Both the position numbers and the translations under genes were made by a program. From an uncultured Pelagibacteraceae bacterium (lineage in GTDB: Bacteria > Pseudomonadota > Alphaproteobacteria > Pelagibacterales > Pelagibacteraceae): a DNA stretch of 64,000 bases. How positions within the stretch are numbered: position 1 is the stretch's first letter; the number at the start of each line of letters is the position of its first letter. The stretch lies in contig CACBYC010000002.1 in NCBI GenBank assembly GCA_902543405.1, forward strand, positions 13,747 through 77,746. The letters are read 5' to 3'. This document shows, piece by piece, positions 1 through 11,517 of the stretch. A model generated the notes under the pieces. It saw nothing but the letters and a program-made list of their open reading frames with translations. It was not told the DNA's origin and ran no database searches.

Positions 1-2
1 TT

Positions 3-431
3 TTATCAGCCTCTAAATGGCTTTTAGCTTATGTTGTTACTCTATTTCTATTTCCAAAAGTAAAGCCATATTTTGAGGATATAATTGATAGTGAATATGT
101 CCTTGATCTAGCGGTCGGTATAGGATTATTCATAATAATTATTTTTTTAATTTTATTAATAAATAATGGAATTAATAGAGCAATCACTTACTCTGGATTA
201 GGAAATCTAGATAGAATCTTTGGTTTCTTTTTTGGATTTATTAGGGCTTACATCATAGTTGTATGTATTTATACAACTATAAATATCATTTATAACTCCA
301 AAAAATGGCCAATTAATTTAGATGATGCTTTTACATATGCATGGGTTGAAAAAGGTAGTAACTATCTTATAAAAGAATTTCCTGATAAAAAAGAATATGA
401 AGAAACTAAAGAAAAAGTTCAAGATATATGA
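3..431 (+). CDS. cvpA: CvpA family (colicin V production) membrane protein, 5' end outside window
   Basis: Manual translation of frame 3 (LSASKWLLAY...GLGNLDRIFGFFFGFIRAY...VQDI*) is hydrophobic with the CvpA LDR..G..FG motif; sits directly upstream of purF as is typical. Confidence 0.85.
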   Translation, partial: LSASKWLLAYVVTLFLFPKVKPYFEDIIDSEYVLDLAVGIGLFIIIIFLILLINNGINRAITYSGLGNLDRIFGFFFGFIRAYIIVVCIYTTINIIYNSKKWPINLDDAFTYAWVEKGSNYLIKEFPDKKEYEETKEKVQDI

Positions 432-1866
432 TCCTAAAATTAAGGAAGAGTGTGCAGTATTTGGAATAAGTAATTCCACTGATGCCTCTACCCTTACCGC
501 TTTAGGTCTTCATGCACTTCAACATAGAGGTCAAGAGGGTTGTGGTATTGTTTCATATGATGGAGAAAAATATCACTCAGAAAAAAGATTTGGGTTGGTT
601 GGTGATAATTTTAATGATGAAAAAGTTTTAAAAAAACTTCCTGGAAAATATGCAATCGGTCATAATCGATATTCAACAACAGGAGGAACTGCTTTAAGAA
701 ATGTACAACCTTTTTTTGCTGATACAAACGCAGGTGGTATTGGTGTTGCACATAATGGTAATCTTACTAACGCTATAACATTAAGAAACAAGCTAGTGCA
801 GGATGGAGCAATATTCTATACAACATCAGATACTGAAACCATTGTTCAATTAATTGCTAAATCAAAAAGAGGAAAAACGATAGATAAAATCATAGATGCT
901 ATATTTCAAATTCAGGGTGGTTATGCACTTGTGATGATGACACAAAATACACTAATAGGTGTAAGAGATCCTTACGGAATTAGACCGTTAGTAATAGGTA
1001 AATTAAAAAACTCATATGTATTTGCCTCTGAAACTTGTGCCTTTGATATTATTGGAGCAAAATTTGTAAGAGAAGTTGAGAATGGAGAAATTGTTTATAT
1101 TGAAAATGATGAGTTAAAAAGTATTAAACCATTTCCACCAAAAAAGATCAGACCTTGTGTATTTGAATACATTTACTTCTGTAGACCAGACAGTATCTTA
1201 AACGGTAAAACTGCATACGAATACAGAAAGAATTTTGGGGAACAATTAGCAAAAGAAGATAAAATAAAAGCTGACTTAGTTGTGCCTGTTCCAGACTCAG
1301 GGAACGCTGCAGCACTTGGATATGCTGAAGAAAAAGGTCTAAAATTTGATCTAGGTTTAATTAGAAACCATTATGTTGGTAGGACTTTTATTGAGCCTTC
1401 TCAACAAATAAGAAGTTTGGGAGTTAAGCTAAAATTGAATCCAAATATCTCAGTAATAAAAAATAAGAGGATTATTCTAGTTGATGACTCACTGGTAAGA
1501 GGCACTACATCTTCAAAAATAGTAAAAATGTTATACGATTCCGGAGCAAAAGAAGTTCACGTGAGAATAGCAAGTCCCGAAATTAAGTTTCCTGATTTTT
1601 ATGGTGTTGATACACCAACTAAAAAAGAACTTTTAGCTGCAAACAAATCAACAGCTGAAATATGTGAATTTATAAAGGCAAAATCACTAAAATTCTTAAG
1701 TTTAAATGGTTTATATTTAGGAATGGGATTTGAAAAAAGAAATGAAAATTATCCACAATTAACAGATCATCACTTTACTGGGGAATATCCTGTAAAAATA
1801 ATTGATGAGCTTGGTGAGGATAAAGTAACACAACTATCCTTATTGAGTACAGCATCAAATAATTAA
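397..1866 (+). CDS. purF: Amidophosphoribosyltransferase
   Basis: EECAVFG N-terminal nucleophile after a propeptide, LQHRGQE, GHNRYST, PRPP motif VDDSLVRGTT. Confidence 0.97.
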   Translation: MKKLKKKFKIYDPKIKEECAVFGISNSTDASTLTALGLHALQHRGQEGCGIVSYDGEKYHSEKRFGLVGDNFNDEKVLKKLPGKYAIGHNRYSTTGGTALRNVQPFFADTNAGGIGVAHNGNLTNAITLRNKLVQDGAIFYTTSDTETIVQLIAKSKRGKTIDKIIDAIFQIQGGYALVMMTQNTLIGVRDPYGIRPLVIGKLKNSYVFASETCAFDIIGAKFVREVENGEIVYIENDELKSIKPFPPKKIRPCVFEYIYFCRPDSILNGKTAYEYRKNFGEQLAKEDKIKADLVVPVPDSGNAAALGYAEEKGLKFDLGLIRNHYVGRTFIEPSQQIRSLGVKLKLNPNISVIKNKRIILVDDSLVRGTTSSKIVKMLYDSGAKEVHVRIASPEIKFPDFYGVDTPTKKELLAANKSTAEICEFIKAKSLKFLSLNGLYLGMGFEKRNENYPQLTDHHFTGEYPVKIIDELGEDKVTQLSLLSTASNN

Positions 1867-1867
1867 A

Positions 1868-2425
1868 ATGAAAAAAGTAAGTTTTACAGAAATGAAGAAT
1901 GGTACTAAAGATGACTATCTACTTTTGGAAAAATTAGAAAGTCAATATGAAAGAAAAACTGCAGATAGAATTTTAGATTATTTAGCTTCACAAACTACTA
2001 CACTTGAAGGCTATCAGATAACAAGATTAGAACACTCGTTACAAGCTGCAACAAGAGCATATAAAAACGGAGAAAACGAGGAAATGGTTGTAGCAACATT
2101 ATTACATGATCTTGGAGATGAATTAGCTCCAATGAATCATTCTCAATACGCAGCATCAGTAATTAAACCTTACGTTTCAGAAAAAACTTACTGGATTATT
2201 TTACACCATGGATTATTTCAAACCTATTACTCTGCTGAGCACTTAGGTGGGGATAAGAATGCAAGAGAAAAATATAAGAATGCAGAACATTATAAAGCAA
2301 CAATAGATTTTTGTGAAAAATATGATCAAGCTTCTTTTGATCCAAACTATAGATCAATGACTTTAAAAGAATTTGAGCCAATGGTTAGGAATATTTTTTC
2401 TAGAAAACCTTTCTACCACAACTAA
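1868..2425 (+). CDS. HD-domain metalloprotein (PhnZ/MIOX-like diiron type), substrate unknown
   Basis: RLEHSLQAA...TLLHDLGD...H...HH...D metal-ligand pattern. Confidence 0.75.
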   Translation: MKKVSFTEMKNGTKDDYLLLEKLESQYERKTADRILDYLASQTTTLEGYQITRLEHSLQAATRAYKNGENEEMVVATLLHDLGDELAPMNHSQYAASVIKPYVSEKTYWIILHHGLFQTYYSAEHLGGDKNAREKYKNAEHYKATIDFCEKYDQASFDPNYRSMTLKEFEPMVRNIFSRKPFYHN

Positions 2426-2426
2426 A

Positions 2427-4367
2427 TTGTCTAATATTTTAAAAAACGAAAAAAGTCCTTATCTTCAGCAACATAAAGATAATCCAGTTGCTTGGTTTCC
2501 TTGGAATAAAGAAACTTTAAATAAAGCAAAAAAAGAAAAAAAACCAATATTTTTAAGCGTTGGATATGCAAGCTGCCATTGGTGTCATGTTATGGCTCAT
2601 GAAAGTTTTGAAAATGAAGAAACTGCGAAACTGATGAACGAAAAGTTCATAAATATTAAAGTTGATAGAGAGGAAAGACCTGACCTAGATTATGTCTTTC
2701 AAAAAAGTTTATCAATATTAACTGGGGCACAAGGTGGATGGCCACTATCAATGTTTTTAGACGAAAATGGTGTACCTTTTACAGGAGGGACGTATTTCCC
2801 ACCTAAGGAAATTCAAGGGAGGCCTGATTTTAAAAAAGTCTTAAATAACGTGCATAATGTCTACAATGAAAATAGAGAGAAAATTCTAGCTCAAGCACCA
2901 CAAGTTAAAGAAATATTCTCAAAAATAAATCAAAGATCTGCAGTTTTAAATCAACCATTGGAGCCATTTGTTGAAAAAATTATTAATTATTTAGATGAAA
3001 ATAATGGAAGTTTCAAAGGAGCACCAAAGTTTCCACAATTTTATTTATTTGATGCAATGTTTTACTTTTATTTGAAGACTAAAAATAAAAACTATTTTAA
3101 ACCTGTTGAAATTTTACTTAATAATCTTTGTTCAAAAGGTATTTATGACCACCTTGAAGGAGGAATTTCAAGATATGCTGTTGATGAAAAATGGATAATT
3201 CCACACTTTGAAAAAATGCTTTACGATAACATCCAGTTTATAGATCTCTTAACTAAATTTTATCAAAATACAAAAAATGATTATTTTAAAAAAAAACTTT
3301 TACAAACAATTCAATATTTTAATAATGAATTTAAAAACAAAGAAGAATTATATGGTTCCGCATATGATGCTGATAGTGAAGGTGTTGAAGGAAAATATTA
3401 TGTTTGGTCATATCAAGAATTAAAAAATCTTTTAAAGAATGATATTAGTTCTTTAGAAAATAAGTATGAAATTACCGCAGATGGTAATTTTGAAGGAAAT
3501 AACATTTTGGTTGAAAAAAATTTAATTCCTGATGAAGACAAAAATAACCTAGATAGGATAAAAAATAAATTACTCGATGTAAGAAGAAATAGAATAAAAC
3601 CATTTTTTGATGATAAATCACAAACTGATTTAAATGCATATATGCTCCAAGTTCTTCTCAAAACCTCAGTAAATTTAGACGACGAAGATTTGAAAAGCAA
3701 AACGATAGAAACAATTGAAATACTAAATAAAAAATTAAATCAAAAAATTATTCATTGCTATGAAAATAAAGAAATAGAAACTTTTCTTGAGGACTATGTA
3801 TATTATGCTCTACTTATGATAACACTTTATGAGGTTAATGCTGATAAAAAAGCTTTAGAAAAATCAATAAAAATAATGAATGATACTTGGGAATTATTCT
3901 TTAATAAAGATACTCGATTGTTCCAGAAAAATATTATTAAAGATAATGATTTGTTTGCAAATCCACTAGACTTAAATGATAGCAATATTCCAAATGGTAA
4001 TAGTGTTTATCTATACATTTCAAATAAATTATATTCGATTACAAATGACAAAATATGGTCTGAAAGAAATGAAGTGCTTAAAAAATCATTCCACCAAGTT
4101 TTAAACTCTTATTATTCACAGATGTTTAGCTTTATCAAAACCCTTGATATTTGTGATAATAGCATATCATTCACCTTCTATGGAACATCTCAGTCTATTA
4201 AGGAAATGAAACTTTATTTACAAAAAGAATATCTAGGAGTTGCAACATTTGTTTACCAATTAAATAGTGATACAAAACCTAGTGTTATTATATGTAAAAA
4301 TCAAACTTGTTCTAACAAATTAACTAGCATAAGCGAAGCTGTTGAATATTTAAGCAAGAGTGATTAA
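2427..4367 (+). CDS. Thioredoxin domain-containing protein, YyaL/SPATA20 family
   Basis: [45 protein letters not shown]; TTG at 2427 preferred over the track start 2373, which overlaps the upstream gene. Confidence 0.9.
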   Translation: MSNILKNEKSPYLQQHKDNPVAWFPWNKETLNKAKKEKKPIFLSVGYASCHWCHVMAHESFENEETAKLMNEKFINIKVDREERPDLDYVFQKSLSILTGAQGGWPLSMFLDENGVPFTGGTYFPPKEIQGRPDFKKVLNNVHNVYNENREKILAQAPQVKEIFSKINQRSAVLNQPLEPFVEKIINYLDENNGSFKGAPKFPQFYLFDAMFYFYLKTKNKNYFKPVEILLNNLCSKGIYDHLEGGISRYAVDEKWIIPHFEKMLYDNIQFIDLLTKFYQNTKNDYFKKKLLQTIQYFNNEFKNKEELYGSAYDADSEGVEGKYYVWSYQELKNLLKNDISSLENKYEITADGNFEGNNILVEKNLIPDEDKNNLDRIKNKLLDVRRNRIKPFFDDKSQTDLNAYMLQVLLKTSVNLDDEDLKSKTIETIEILNKKLNQKIIHCYENKEIETFLEDYVYYALLMITLYEVNADKKALEKSIKIMNDTWELFFNKDTRLFQKNIIKDNDLFANPLDLNDSNIPNGNSVYLYISNKLYSITNDKIWSERNEVLKKSFHQVLNSYYSQMFSFIKTLDICDNSISFTFYGTSQSIKEMKLYLQKEYLGVATFVYQLNSDTKPSVIICKNQTCSNKLTSISEAVEYLSKSD

Positions 4368-4376
4368 ATAATCAAT

Positions 4377-5666
4377 ATGAATAAAGATAACATAATAGAT
4401 CATTTTAAATCAGGAATTAAGGAGCCTGTAAATTCCAAAATAGGAGTTGAGCACGAAAAATTTCTTTTCTACAAGAAGAATAATAAAAGAATTAATTATT
4501 CTACAATAAAAGAAATTTTCAAAATTTTATATGAATTTGGTTGGAAGCCATCTTATGAAGGTGAAAATGTAATAGCGTTAAACAAAGATAATAAGAGTAT
4601 AACTTTAGAACCAGGTAACCAAATTGAACTTGCAGGGGCTCAATTAACTAATATTCATGAAGTTTGCTCTGAAGCTAATAATTATTTGTTTGAACTTAAA
4701 CAAGTCGTTGAAAAATTAGATTTAAAAATAGTAAGTGCTGGATTTGATCCAATATCTAAATTGTCTGAAATTCCAAATAATCCAAAAAAAAGATATGAAG
4801 TAATGACAAAGGATATGCCTAAAGGTGGGTCACTCAGTTTAGATATGATGTATAGAACATCGGGGACGCAGTTAAATCTAGACTATACGTCTGAGAATGA
4901 TTTTATAAAAAAATTTAAATTGGCAAATAGTTTAGTTCCATTGAGTATTGCACTTTTTGCAAACTCATCAATTGTTGAGAAAAAAGATAGTAAATATTTA
5001 TCATACCGATCAAAAGTATGGCAAGAAACATCAAGGGGAGGTCTTCCAGAAATTTTTTTAGAAAATGTTGATTTTGAAAAATATGCTGATTTTGTAATAG
5101 ATTATCCAATACTGTTTTTAAAAAAAAACGACAAATATTTATCCGGTAAAAATTATAAATTTTCTGATTATATGAATGGTAATATTCAAGAAATAAATAA
5201 ATCTTTACCAAGTGTTGATGATCTTAGTTTGCATTTAAGTACTATATTTACAGAGAATAGATTAAAACAATACATTGAATTAAGATCTTTGGATACTTGT
5301 AGTTGGAACTGTATCTGCGCTGGTCCTGCTTTTTTTACTGGTCTTTTATATGGTAATTTAGACGAAGCATTAGAATTTATTTCAAAATGGGAAAAGAAAG
5401 ATTTATTAAATGCTTATAAAAATGCACCTATGAAAGGACTTGATACAAATTTAATGGGTAAAGATATGATTTATTGGATCTCCAACTTGTTAAAAATTGC
5501 TGAAAAAGGCTTAGAAAAGAGAGATTTTATTGGAAAAAGCGGTACAAACGAAACTAAATACTTGGAACATCTAAATAAGATTATCAATAATAAAGAAACA
5601 GTCGCCAGTCATGTTATAAATAAATTCTCTAAATTTCAAAATTTAGAAGATTTATATGACAAATAA
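4377..5666 (+). CDS. gshA: Glutamate--cysteine ligase (plant/alphaproteobacterial type)
   Basis: IGVEHEKF, ITLEPGNQIELAG, QLNLDY, ALFANS, YIELRS; adjacent to gshB. Confidence 0.93.
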   Translation: MNKDNIIDHFKSGIKEPVNSKIGVEHEKFLFYKKNNKRINYSTIKEIFKILYEFGWKPSYEGENVIALNKDNKSITLEPGNQIELAGAQLTNIHEVCSEANNYLFELKQVVEKLDLKIVSAGFDPISKLSEIPNNPKKRYEVMTKDMPKGGSLSLDMMYRTSGTQLNLDYTSENDFIKKFKLANSLVPLSIALFANSSIVEKKDSKYLSYRSKVWQETSRGGLPEIFLENVDFEKYADFVIDYPILFLKKNDKYLSGKNYKFSDYMNGNIQEINKSLPSVDDLSLHLSTIFTENRLKQYIELRSLDTCSWNCICAGPAFFTGLLYGNLDEALEFISKWEKKDLLNAYKNAPMKGLDTNLMGKDMIYWISNLLKIAEKGLEKRDFIGKSGTNETKYLEHLNKIINNKETVASHVINKFSKFQNLEDLYDK

Positions 5667-6582
5667 AATAATAGGCATACAAGGCGATAAATTAAATAAA
5701 ATAAATATATCTTCTGATACATCAATATTTTTAGCTCATGAAGCTCAGAAATTAGGATATAAAATATTTTATTATACTCCTTCAAACTTATCCATCATCA
5801 AAAATAAAACATATGCAAATGGTGTATTTGTTAAATTTAACTATGAGAGCAAAAAATTTTATAAAATTTACAAAAAACAAAAAATTGATGTTGAAAATCT
5901 TAAATTTATTTTAATTAGACAAGATCCTCCATTTAATTCAGAATATTTAATAACTACTCTTATTTTAGATGGCTTAAAAAAAGTAAAAGTAATAAATAAT
6001 CCAACTGCCATCAGAAATGTATCAGAAAAACTGTATTCAAAACATTTTATCAAATATATGCCTAATACTTTATTTTCAAATAATATAGATGAGATTAAGA
6101 AGTTTTATAATCAAAATAAAAGTATGATTGTGAAACCTATTAATGGATATGGAGGTAATCAAATTCATCTAATTAAAAATAAGTTTAATAAAAAACTAAT
6201 ATCAAATTTTTTAAATAGAAATGGCCATTCAATGTTTCAAAAATTTTTAAAAAATATTTCTAAAGGAGATAAGAGAGTTTTTATTATTAATGGTAAAGTA
6301 TGTGGAGCAATCTCAAGAGTTCCTAAAAAAGGCTCATATTTGAGTAATATGAGCAAAGGTGCTGTGCCTAAACTTACAAAACTTACAAAACAAGAAATAA
6401 AAATTTCAAAACTTGTTGGAAAAAAATTAAAGAATGATAATATTTATTTTGCTGGAATTGACTTCATAGATCAGAAACTAAATGGAGATATTAATGTAAC
6501 GTCTCCTACTGGATTAAAGACATACTATGACCTTTCTAAAATCAATCTTGCTAAGATATTTTGGAAAGGTTTAAAAGCTTGA
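5656..6582 (+). CDS. gshB: Glutathione synthetase
   Basis: ILIRQDPPFN, NVSEKL, GDKRVF, INVTSPTG. Confidence 0.93.
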   Translation: MTNKIIGIQGDKLNKINISSDTSIFLAHEAQKLGYKIFYYTPSNLSIIKNKTYANGVFVKFNYESKKFYKIYKKQKIDVENLKFILIRQDPPFNSEYLITTLILDGLKKVKVINNPTAIRNVSEKLYSKHFIKYMPNTLFSNNIDEIKKFYNQNKSMIVKPINGYGGNQIHLIKNKFNKKLISNFLNRNGHSMFQKFLKNISKGDKRVFIINGKVCGAISRVPKKGSYLSNMSKGAVPKLTKLTKQEIKISKLVGKKLKNDNIYFAGIDFIDQKLNGDINVTSPTGLKTYYDLSKINLAKIFWKGLKA

Positions 6583-7454
6583 ATAAATTATCAGATCAAA
6601 AGAAAGGTTCACTACTAGCCTTCGTAGCTGTAATGTTCATTACGCCTGACTCATTACTTATCAGGCTTTCAGATATAGAAACATGGGGAATGCTTTTTTA
6701 TAGAGGAGCCATACCTTTCTTTATAGTCTTAATTGGACTACTATTATTTTATAAGCAAAATTTTATTAATGCCTTTTTAAAAGTTGGTACAGTTGGTATA
6801 TTTTACGCAATTAGCTTTTCTATTTGTAACATCACTTTCATTGTCTCTATTCAAAATACTAACGTAGCCAATACTTTAATTATGATTGCTTTAGCCCCAA
6901 TGCTTTCCGCAATACTTGGGGCAATATTTTTAAAAGAAATGCCTAGTAAAGGTACTTGGATCGCCATTTTCATTACATTTTTAGCGGCTTTATTTATTTT
7001 TTATGACTCGCTTCAAGTCGGTAATCTTTTTGGGAATATAATGGGGTTTATTACAGCTGCTGGATTAGCTGTAAATGCAGTTCTTATAAGATATGCTAAA
7101 GATAGAGATCTTTTGCCTTCTGCTGTAATGGGCAAATTAGGTGTTGCAGTATTTGCCTTCTTTTTTGTTGAAAACTTTAATTTAATTGGAGCAGATCAAA
7201 TTTATATACCGATAATGTGCATTATTTGTGTAGCCCTACCGTTTGTTTTGGTAACAATCGCACCGAGATTTATACCAGCAGAAGAAGTAAATCTATTTTT
7301 TTTATTAGAAACAATAATAGGTCCAATTTGGGTTTGGTTGGTTGTTAAAGAGCAACCAACTTTGGAGACGATCATTGGAGGTGCCGTGATCATTATCACT
7401 TTAGGCATCCACTCATTTGTTAAACTAAGAGAGCCTGAAAAAATTATTAATTAA
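6579..7454 (+). CDS. DMT/EamA family transporter
   Basis: About 10 hydrophobic segments, LLETIIGPIWVWL...EQP motif; TTG at 6579 overlapping the gshB stop is the likely start. Confidence 0.85.
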   Translation: MNKLSDQKKGSLLAFVAVMFITPDSLLIRLSDIETWGMLFYRGAIPFFIVLIGLLLFYKQNFINAFLKVGTVGIFYAISFSICNITFIVSIQNTNVANTLIMIALAPMLSAILGAIFLKEMPSKGTWIAIFITFLAALFIFYDSLQVGNLFGNIMGFITAAGLAVNAVLIRYAKDRDLLPSAVMGKLGVAVFAFFFVENFNLIGADQIYIPIMCIICVALPFVLVTIAPRFIPAEEVNLFFLLETIIGPIWVWLVVKEQPTLETIIGGAVIIITLGIHSFVKLREPEKIIN

Positions 7455-7495
7455 TTTCTTGATTTACTATCAAATCATCCATAGATAGCCCAATT

Positions 7496-8815
7496 ATGGA
7501 AAAGATACTTAAAAATTCCTGGGCATTATTCACAGGCATGGGTCTAATTATGATAGCTCATGGCTTTCAAGTTTCTTTACTTGGAGTGAGAGCTGTTCAT
7601 GAAAGTTTCAGCTTAACAGCAACCGGCTTTATGTTGTCAGGATATTTTGTGGGTTATTTTATAGGAGCAAAAACAGTTCCGATTTTGGTTTCAAGAGTTG
7701 GTCATATAAGAGTGTTTGCTGCTTTTGCATCAATTGCTTCTATCGTTGTTTTAGTGCACTCTATAATCATCAATCCATTTACATGGTTTGTATTAAGAAT
7801 TGCCTCAGGTTTTTCAATGGTATGTTTATATACAATTGCAGAAAGCTGGTTAAACGACCGAGCAAGCAATAAAAATAGAGGAAGTGTTTTATCGATTTAT
7901 ATGATCGTTCTTTACGCATCTATGGCAATTGGAATGTTTTTTTTAAACTTCAGTAAGCCAGAAAATTTTCAGCCATTTATACTTGTTTCTTTATTCATGT
8001 CACTTTCACTTGTTCCAATATTATTAACTAAGAAAAAACCACCAAAATTTAAAAAAATTATAGGAATGAAAATTAAAGAACTTTATGAAGCTTCTCCTTT
8101 TGGAATGGTAAGTGCACTTTTATGCGGAATTTGTCACTCTGCAATGTTTGCTTTAATTGCTGTTTATGCAGCGTCAATGAATTTTAGTATTTTTGAAATT
8201 TCATTTGTAACATTTTTAATTGCTATTTCTGGTGCAATTTCCCAATGGCCGATTGGTAAACTATCAGATATTTATGACAGAAGAACAGTTACAGTATATT
8301 CCACATTTGCTTCGGCTTTCTTTGCTTTATGTGCAATTTTTTCAGTGGGCACAATGCATTTACCTGACGGTTTAGCGAGCTCAAAGTTTTGGTTTTATAT
8401 TTTTACAGGTTTGTATGCTTTCTTCAGTCTTCCTATGTTTGCATTAATTTTTGCTCACACTAATGATTTTATAGCTAAAGAAAAATTTGTAGCTGCAGGT
8501 GCAGGTTTACAATTTACCTTTGGAATGGGTGCAATTAGCGGACCTTTTTTATGTTCTATGTTTATGGATTTTATAGGAGAGAATGGTTACTTTATATTTC
8601 TAATTATATTTCACTGTTTAATAGGAGCATATGGAATTTACAGGATGAATGTAAGAGAGGTTATTGAAAACCCTGACTCTCAATTCACACCTCTTCCTAC
8701 AACAATAACACCTATTGGCTTAGAACTTAATCCAGCGACAGAGCCTATCGAAGACCCAATAAAACCAGTAGAAACCGAAGAAACAGTTATTGTAGAGAAT
8801 AACCCTTCCCAATAA
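7496..8815 (+). CDS. MFS transporter (YcaD-like)
   Basis: About 12 TM segments, RVGHIRVFAAF, ESWLN, QWPIGKLSD..DRR. Confidence 0.88.
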   Translation: MEKILKNSWALFTGMGLIMIAHGFQVSLLGVRAVHESFSLTATGFMLSGYFVGYFIGAKTVPILVSRVGHIRVFAAFASIASIVVLVHSIIINPFTWFVLRIASGFSMVCLYTIAESWLNDRASNKNRGSVLSIYMIVLYASMAIGMFFLNFSKPENFQPFILVSLFMSLSLVPILLTKKKPPKFKKIIGMKIKELYEASPFGMVSALLCGICHSAMFALIAVYAASMNFSIFEISFVTFLIAISGAISQWPIGKLSDIYDRRTVTVYSTFASAFFALCAIFSVGTMHLPDGLASSKFWFYIFTGLYAFFSLPMFALIFAHTNDFIAKEKFVAAGAGLQFTFGMGAISGPFLCSMFMDFIGENGYFIFLIIFHCLIGAYGIYRMNVREVIENPDSQFTPLPTTITPIGLELNPATEPIEDPIKPVETEETVIVENNPSQ

Positions 8816-8856
8816 TTAAAATCTTATTTAAAACTTTTATTCTGCTAAAATAGTTT

Positions 8857-9867
8857 ATGACTAAAACTATAAATCTCGGAGTATTGGGTATTGATCATGG
8901 TCATATCTTCGACATGCTTGATGAGATGCTTAAAGAGGGATGTAGTTGTAATTATTTTTGGACCGAAGGATCTCCGTTAACTTTAGATGAATTTAGCAAA
9001 AAATATCCTCAAATTAAAAGAGTAGATAATAAAAGTGATATTTTAAATGATGACACTATTGATATGGTTTTAATTTCATCCATTCCTAAAGATAGGGCAA
9101 ATCTATCTATAGACACAATGAAAGCTGGAAAAGATGTCATGGTTGACAAGCCTGGATGTACAACTCTTGAGCAACTTAACAATCTAAAACAAACTGTTAA
9201 AGACACCGGAAAAATTTGGTCAATTAATTTTTCAGAGAGATTTCATGTAGCCGCTGTTACAAAAGCTGAAGAGCTAGTCGCTGAAGGTAAAATCGGTAAG
9301 GTTAAACAAACAATTGGTACTGGTCCCCACAGGCAAGGTAATTATGAAAGACCAGATTGGTTTTATGATCGTGATAGTTACGGTGGAATAATAACAGATA
9401 TAGGCTCACATCAAATTCATCAATTTTTAGTATTTACAAATTCAAATGAAGCTAAAGTAAATCATGCGATGGTTGAAAATACTACTAAGAAAGAATTTAC
9501 TGGTTTTCAAGATTTCGGTGAAGTTAATCTTACTGGAAATGGTGGTCATGGATATGTTCGTTTAGACTGGTTTACTCCTGATGCGCTTCCTACTTGGGGA
9601 GATGGAAGGTTATTTGTCTTGGGTGATAAAGGTTTTATTGAAATTAGAAAATACACAGATTTAGCAAAATCTGAAAAAGGAAATCAACTATTTTTGGCAA
9701 ATAATGATGAAGTTAAACATATTGACTGTTCGAATGAAAAACTTCCCTACTTTGCTAATTTAATTCAAGATGTTTTGAATAGAACTGATACTGCTTGTTC
9801 GCAAGAACTTACTTACTTATCAATGGAACTAGCGATTAAAGCTCAAGAATTAGCTGAAAAAACATGA
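8857..9867 (+). CDS. Gfo/Idh/MocA family oxidoreductase
   Basis: AGKDVMVDKP, GGIITDIGSHQ. Confidence 0.88.
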   Translation: MTKTINLGVLGIDHGHIFDMLDEMLKEGCSCNYFWTEGSPLTLDEFSKKYPQIKRVDNKSDILNDDTIDMVLISSIPKDRANLSIDTMKAGKDVMVDKPGCTTLEQLNNLKQTVKDTGKIWSINFSERFHVAAVTKAEELVAEGKIGKVKQTIGTGPHRQGNYERPDWFYDRDSYGGIITDIGSHQIHQFLVFTNSNEAKVNHAMVENTTKKEFTGFQDFGEVNLTGNGGHGYVRLDWFTPDALPTWGDGRLFVLGDKGFIEIRKYTDLAKSEKGNQLFLANNDEVKHIDCSNEKLPYFANLIQDVLNRTDTACSQELTYLSMELAIKAQELAEKT

Positions 9868-10940
9868 AAAAATATCAGGTAGCAATAATAGGAACTAATA
9901 TAGGAGCTAAACATTTTGAAGATTTTCAAAAAGTATCAGACCGATTTAGTGTTCATACATTGTGTGGTTTAACAAGATGTGCAATAGATAAAATATTGGC
10001 TTCAAATAATGATACTAAAATGTCATTGAACTTTGAAGATGTATTGAAAGTAAAGGAAATCGATATAATTGATATTTGTCTTCCGCCCCATTTACATTTT
10101 TCTGCGTGCAAAAAATCTCTTGAAGCTGGAAAGCATGTAATTTGCGAAAAACCATTGGTTTCAAGTCTTAAAGAAATTGATGAGCTAGAAAATATTAGTA
10201 AAGAAACAGGAAAGATAATTTTTCCTGTATTCCAATATAGGTATGGATTAGGATTTTCTAAATTTAAGGCACTTATAAAGTCAGGACTTGCTGGAAAACC
10301 TTTAATTGCCTCATTGGAGACTCATTGGAATAGAGGAAAAGATTATTATTCAAAACCTTGGAGAGGTACTTGGGATGGTGAACAAGGTGGGGCAATATTA
10401 AGTCATGCTATACATATTCATGACTTGGTGAGTATGATACTAGGCCCTGTTTCAAATGTATTTGCAAAATTAACAACAAGAGTAAATGATATTGAGGTTG
10501 AAGACTGTGCGTCTTTATCAATTGAAATGGAAGATGGAACATTGGTCACCAGCTCTATCACCCTTGGAGCAGCAAATGATACCAGTAGATTAAAATTCTG
10601 TTTTGATGGACTGACAGTAGAATCGGGAGCATCTCCAGATAAACCTTATAATCCAGCTGATGATGAATGGATATTTTTACCAAGAGCTCCTATTTCACAA
10701 AGTCAAATTGAAGAGGTATTGTCAAAAGTCGAAAAAACTAAATCATGGTACGCAGGAATGTTTGATGAAGTAGCAAAGAAACTAGATGGCTCTTCAAGTG
10801 ATGAGGTAACATTGTCAGATGCTAGAAAATCATTAGAGTTTGTAACTGCTGTTTACCAATCTTCAAGACAAAATATAAATATCAAACTTCCAATTGATAA
10901 AAATAATCCATTCTATAACTCTTGGTTACCAAAAAATTAA
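9864..10940 (+). CDS. Gfo/Idh/MocA family oxidoreductase
   Basis: AGKHVICEKP, GGAILSHAIHIHDL, IEVED. Confidence 0.9.
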   Translation: MKKYQVAIIGTNIGAKHFEDFQKVSDRFSVHTLCGLTRCAIDKILASNNDTKMSLNFEDVLKVKEIDIIDICLPPHLHFSACKKSLEAGKHVICEKPLVSSLKEIDELENISKETGKIIFPVFQYRYGLGFSKFKALIKSGLAGKPLIASLETHWNRGKDYYSKPWRGTWDGEQGGAILSHAIHIHDLVSMILGPVSNVFAKLTTRVNDIEVEDCASLSIEMEDGTLVTSSITLGAANDTSRLKFCFDGLTVESGASPDKPYNPADDEWIFLPRAPISQSQIEEVLSKVEKTKSWYAGMFDEVAKKLDGSSSDEVTLSDARKSLEFVTAVYQSSRQNINIKLPIDKNNPFYNSWLPKN

Positions 10941-11025
10941 AAGAATAAAGAAAATGTGAATAAAGTAGCTCTGATGAAGGTTGTTCTAATTAAAAAATAT
11001 ATTAATGTAAGTAGTATTAAAAAGT

Positions 11026-11511
11026 ATGCCTTCATTTGATGTTATAAGTAAAATCAATTATCAAGAGTTTGATAATGCTCTTGCTAATTGTTTAAGGGAA
11101 ATTACTAACCGATACGATTTTAAGGGGCTTAATATTTCTATTGAAAGAAAAGATAAAATAATAACTACACTAGCTCCAGATGAATTAAAATTAAAACAAG
11201 TAAATGAATTGTTACAAGTTCACCTTATAAGAAGAAAAGTAGATCCAAGAGTATTAATTATTAAAAATTCAGAGGGTGCAGCTGGTGGAACTATAAGGCA
11301 GGTTAGTGAATTAGCTGAGGGTATAAGCCAAGAAAATGCTAAGAAGATTATTGCTGATGTAAAAAAACTAAAACTTAAAATCCAAATTAAAATTCAAGGA
11401 GAAGAATTAAGAGCTCAAGGAAAGAAAAGAGATGATCTTCAAGAAGCAATATCTGCCATAGAAGCAATAGATATAGGGCTTCCGATTGAATTTATTAATT
11501 TTAGAGATTAA
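11026..11511 (+). CDS. yajQ: YajQ family cyclic di-GMP/nucleotide-binding protein
   Basis: MPSFDVIS...RYDFKG...IQGEELR..GKKRDDLQ...NFRD. Confidence 0.95.
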   Translation: MPSFDVISKINYQEFDNALANCLREITNRYDFKGLNISIERKDKIITTLAPDELKLKQVNELLQVHLIRRKVDPRVLIIKNSEGAAGGTIRQVSELAEGISQENAKKIIADVKKLKLKIQIKIQGEELRAQGKKRDDLQEAISAIEAIDIGLPIEFINFRD

Positions 11512-11517
11512 TTAAAC

